Source of the DNA: Macrostomum lignano | Lineage: Eukaryota | NCBI GenBank assembly: GCA_002269645.1 | Contig: NIVC01000168.1 | Span: forward strand, 248,001-312,000 | DNA: 64,000 nucleotides | Direction of reading: 5' to 3' | Shown: positions 61,601 through 64,000 of the stretch, piece after piece | Position numbering within the stretch: the stretch's first letter is position 1 | How the letters are laid out: each line of letters opens with the position of its first letter | Made by a program: the position numbers and the translations under genes | The notes under the pieces: generated by a model | Database searches by the model: none | The model's input: the letters and a program-made list of their open reading frames with translations, nothing else | Told to the model about the DNA's origin: nothing

Positions 61601-63724
61601 GATATGGTGAGATTAGATGTCTGTAGAGATGGTGGGATTAGATATCTCTAGAGATGGTGATATTATATATTTGTAGAGATGGTGAGATTAGATGCCTGTA
61701 GAGATGGTAGGATTAGATATCTGTAGAGATGGTGAGATCAGATAAAAGGATAAAAATGAAGACGATAGATATATGAATAAATATCATGAGATCAGATGTA
61801 TAAATAAAGATAAGGAAAATAGATACATAATTAAAAATGATGAGATCAGATATCTATAGAGATGGTGAGGTTAGATGACTGTAGAGATGGTGGGATTAGA
61901 TATCTGTAGAGACGGTGGGATTAGATATTTGTAGAGATGGTGAGATTATATATTATAATAAAAATGAAGACGATAGATATATGAATAAATATGATGAGAT
62001 TAGATGTATAAATAAAGATAAGGAGAATAAATAGAAAAATAAAAATGATGAAATGAGATATCTATAGAGATGGTGAGATTAGATATCCGTAGAAAATAGA
62101 GATGGAGAGATTAAATGTCTATAGAGATGGTGAGATTAGATATCCGTAGAGAATAGAGATGGAGAGATTTAGACGTCTATAGAGATGGTGAGATTAGATA
62201 TCTGTAGAGATGATAATAATATATATCATTATAAGAGATAGGCAAGATTATATACACGCTAAATTCATAAATCTCTCGATTGAGAGATTATAAGAATAGA
62301 AAGCAAACATAAAAATTCACAAAAGTACATAAAGAATCTATGAATACAAGATCGTACTCCCCAATCCGCAGCCTACGACCTGGACTACCTGCGCTGTCAC
62401 GTGGCCTATGGCTTCGCCCAGCCCTTTACCCTGATTCCGCACATGCTGTCCCGGCTGGCTCTGAACCGGGCAGTTGGTGTCTGCTTCTTTTTAAGCCTCT
62501 ATCTGTTCCTGCTGCTGGCGCAGTCACTGCTGTTCGTGGCCTCTGCGGATACCATTGTAGACTATATGCGGTCCAGGTATCGGTCGGTTGAGCAGAGAAA
62601 AGTTCGAACCTACCGACTCATGACCGGACTCACCTGTCCTGTTCTGTTTGCTTTGAGTTTTCCGTTTATAATTAAATCTGGATTCTGGTGGCTGCGGCTG
62701 ATGGACGTCTTTATGGACAGGTTCATGCTGCTGATTGCGGCTGGCGCTGGGGTGGCCTTCTTTATGGCCTACTATCGGACTAAGGCGGCTTCTCTGGTGC
62801 CCAGACTCCTGTGCCTCATCTCGTTGGGCCTCTCCGTGGTACTGTTTGTGGCTATCTATTGCTGGTAAGACTTCCCTCCTGCTAGTGAAATAAAGCCGAT
62901 ATGTATCGAAAACTAATTAAAGCTGGAGAAAAAAAGCCGATATGTATAGAAATAATTCTACTCTAATCCTACTCTACTCTAATTTAAAAAATACAGTATA
63001 ATTTAGGAAATCCCAGTCTAATTTAGGAAATCCCAGTCTAATTTAGGAAATCCCAGTCTAATTTAGGAAATCCCAGTCTAATTTAGGAAATCCCAGTCTA
63101 ATTTAGGAAATCCCAGTCTAATTTAGGAAATCCCAGTCTAATTTAGGAAATCCCAGCCTAATTTAGGAAATCCCAGCCTAATTTAGGAAATCCCAGCCTA
63201 ATTTAGGAAATCCCAGCCTAATTTAGGAAATCCCAGCCTAATTTAGGAAATCCCAGCTTAATTTAGGAAATTGACTTAGCCAGTGACGCCTGCAATGATT
63301 TCACTAATCCATTCCCAGGTACTGCGCCTCCATCAATAATCCCCCGTCGATATCCGGCTGTCACTACGAGACGCCCGAACGTAGCGTCACTCCAATTCCA
63401 ACTGCCTTCAACGCTATTGGCTGGCTAGTTGCTATCGGGCCTCCAGCTCTCGGGTTCTTTGTCGGCCTGCTCGTCATGCTATGCAGTGGCGAAAGCTCCA
63501 GCGGCAGTAGGTGTCAACGCTTGTTTTACGGCGATTTCCTGCCGGAAGAAGACCAGCTGGCAGAGCAGAGGAAGCGCCAGCAGCAGCAGTTGAGCAGCAC
63601 CGGGACAGGGTTTCAGTTCCAGCAGCAGCAGTACCAGCACCCGGCCCAGCACAGCTATCAGATGCAAAGCAGGTCCAACACTGCCACGCTGCAGTCCAGA
63701 CCAATGTACGGCTCTGAGATTTGA
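58644..63724 (+). CDS. Atypical SLC6/NSS (sodium:neurotransmitter symporter)-like membrane protein, 5 exons seen (5' end uncertain)
   Basis: Exons 58644-58934, 59227-59410, 60163-60731, 62372-62864, 63319-63724 with consistent phases. SLC6-like landmarks GSPMLYIQIRLGN, WGSCADEWN (EL2), PTPEEGFY, AYGFAQP, GFWWLRLMD, AIGWLVA; multiple hydrophobic segments; C-terminus ...GSEI*. Confidence 0.78.
59460..60115. repeat. Degenerate GAGATTAGATAT-core satellite in an SLC6-like intron
   Basis: Read directly. Confidence 0.85.
60750..62210. repeat. 25-bp satellite GAGATTAGATGTCTGTAGAGATGGT in an SLC6-like intron
   Basis: Read directly; homogeneous core ~60770-61750, degenerate flanks. Confidence 0.93.
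62999..63270. repeat. 20-bp tandem repeat CTAATTTAGGAAATCCCAGT, ~13.5 copies
   Basis: Read directly. Confidence 0.95.
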
Positions 63725-63774
63725 TTGATTTATTATGCTCTATTGCTGGATTTTCATTTGTAAGATATACCTTT

Positions 63775-64000
63775 TGTCTATAGATTTGTAGATCAGTGCT
63801 TATAGATCATGGTTTGTAGATGTGTCTATAGACTCAATGTTTTGTAGATCAGTGTCTATAGATTCAATGGTTTGTAGATCAGTGTCTATAGATTCAATGG
63901 TTTGTAGATCAGTGTCTATAGACTCAATGGTTTGTAGATGTGTCTATAGGTTTAACGGTTTGTAGATCAGTGTCTATAGATTCGATGGTTTGTAGATCAG
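63775..64000. repeat. ~30-bp tandem repeat TTTGTAGATCAGTGTCTATAGATTCAATGG running off the window
   Basis: Read directly. Confidence 0.9.

Overview
Eukaryotic (metazoan) genomic DNA with GT-AG introns, CpG-rich exons, many intronic tandem repeats and one 302-N gap. The style suggests a ciliated invertebrate such as the flatworm Macrostomum (inference only). From left to right: a GC-hairpin cluster; two tandem F-type lectin (fucolectin) exons, the first split by a 5'-truncated RTE LINE; and a ~3 kb (TATC)n block. Then comes a ~32 kb minus-strand gene of at least 29 exons (~6,700 aa) for a highly divergent outer-arm beta-type dynein heavy chain. Its AAA1 and AAA4 P-loops are lost, and it carries a ~1,000-aa acidic repeat tail. 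Head-to-head with it is a 6-exon SCCPDH gene. After that lie a decayed RNase H-bearing non-LTR element, a full-length mariner with two nonsense codons, and a decayed PHD-FLYWCH-MULE transposon inside a strongly CpG-depleted domain. The window ends with a 5-exon SLC6-like gene lacking the canonical ion/substrate motifs. The best novelty candidate is the apparently catalytically dead 'pseudo-dynein'. All exon boundaries, alignments and counts were done by eye; no database search was run.
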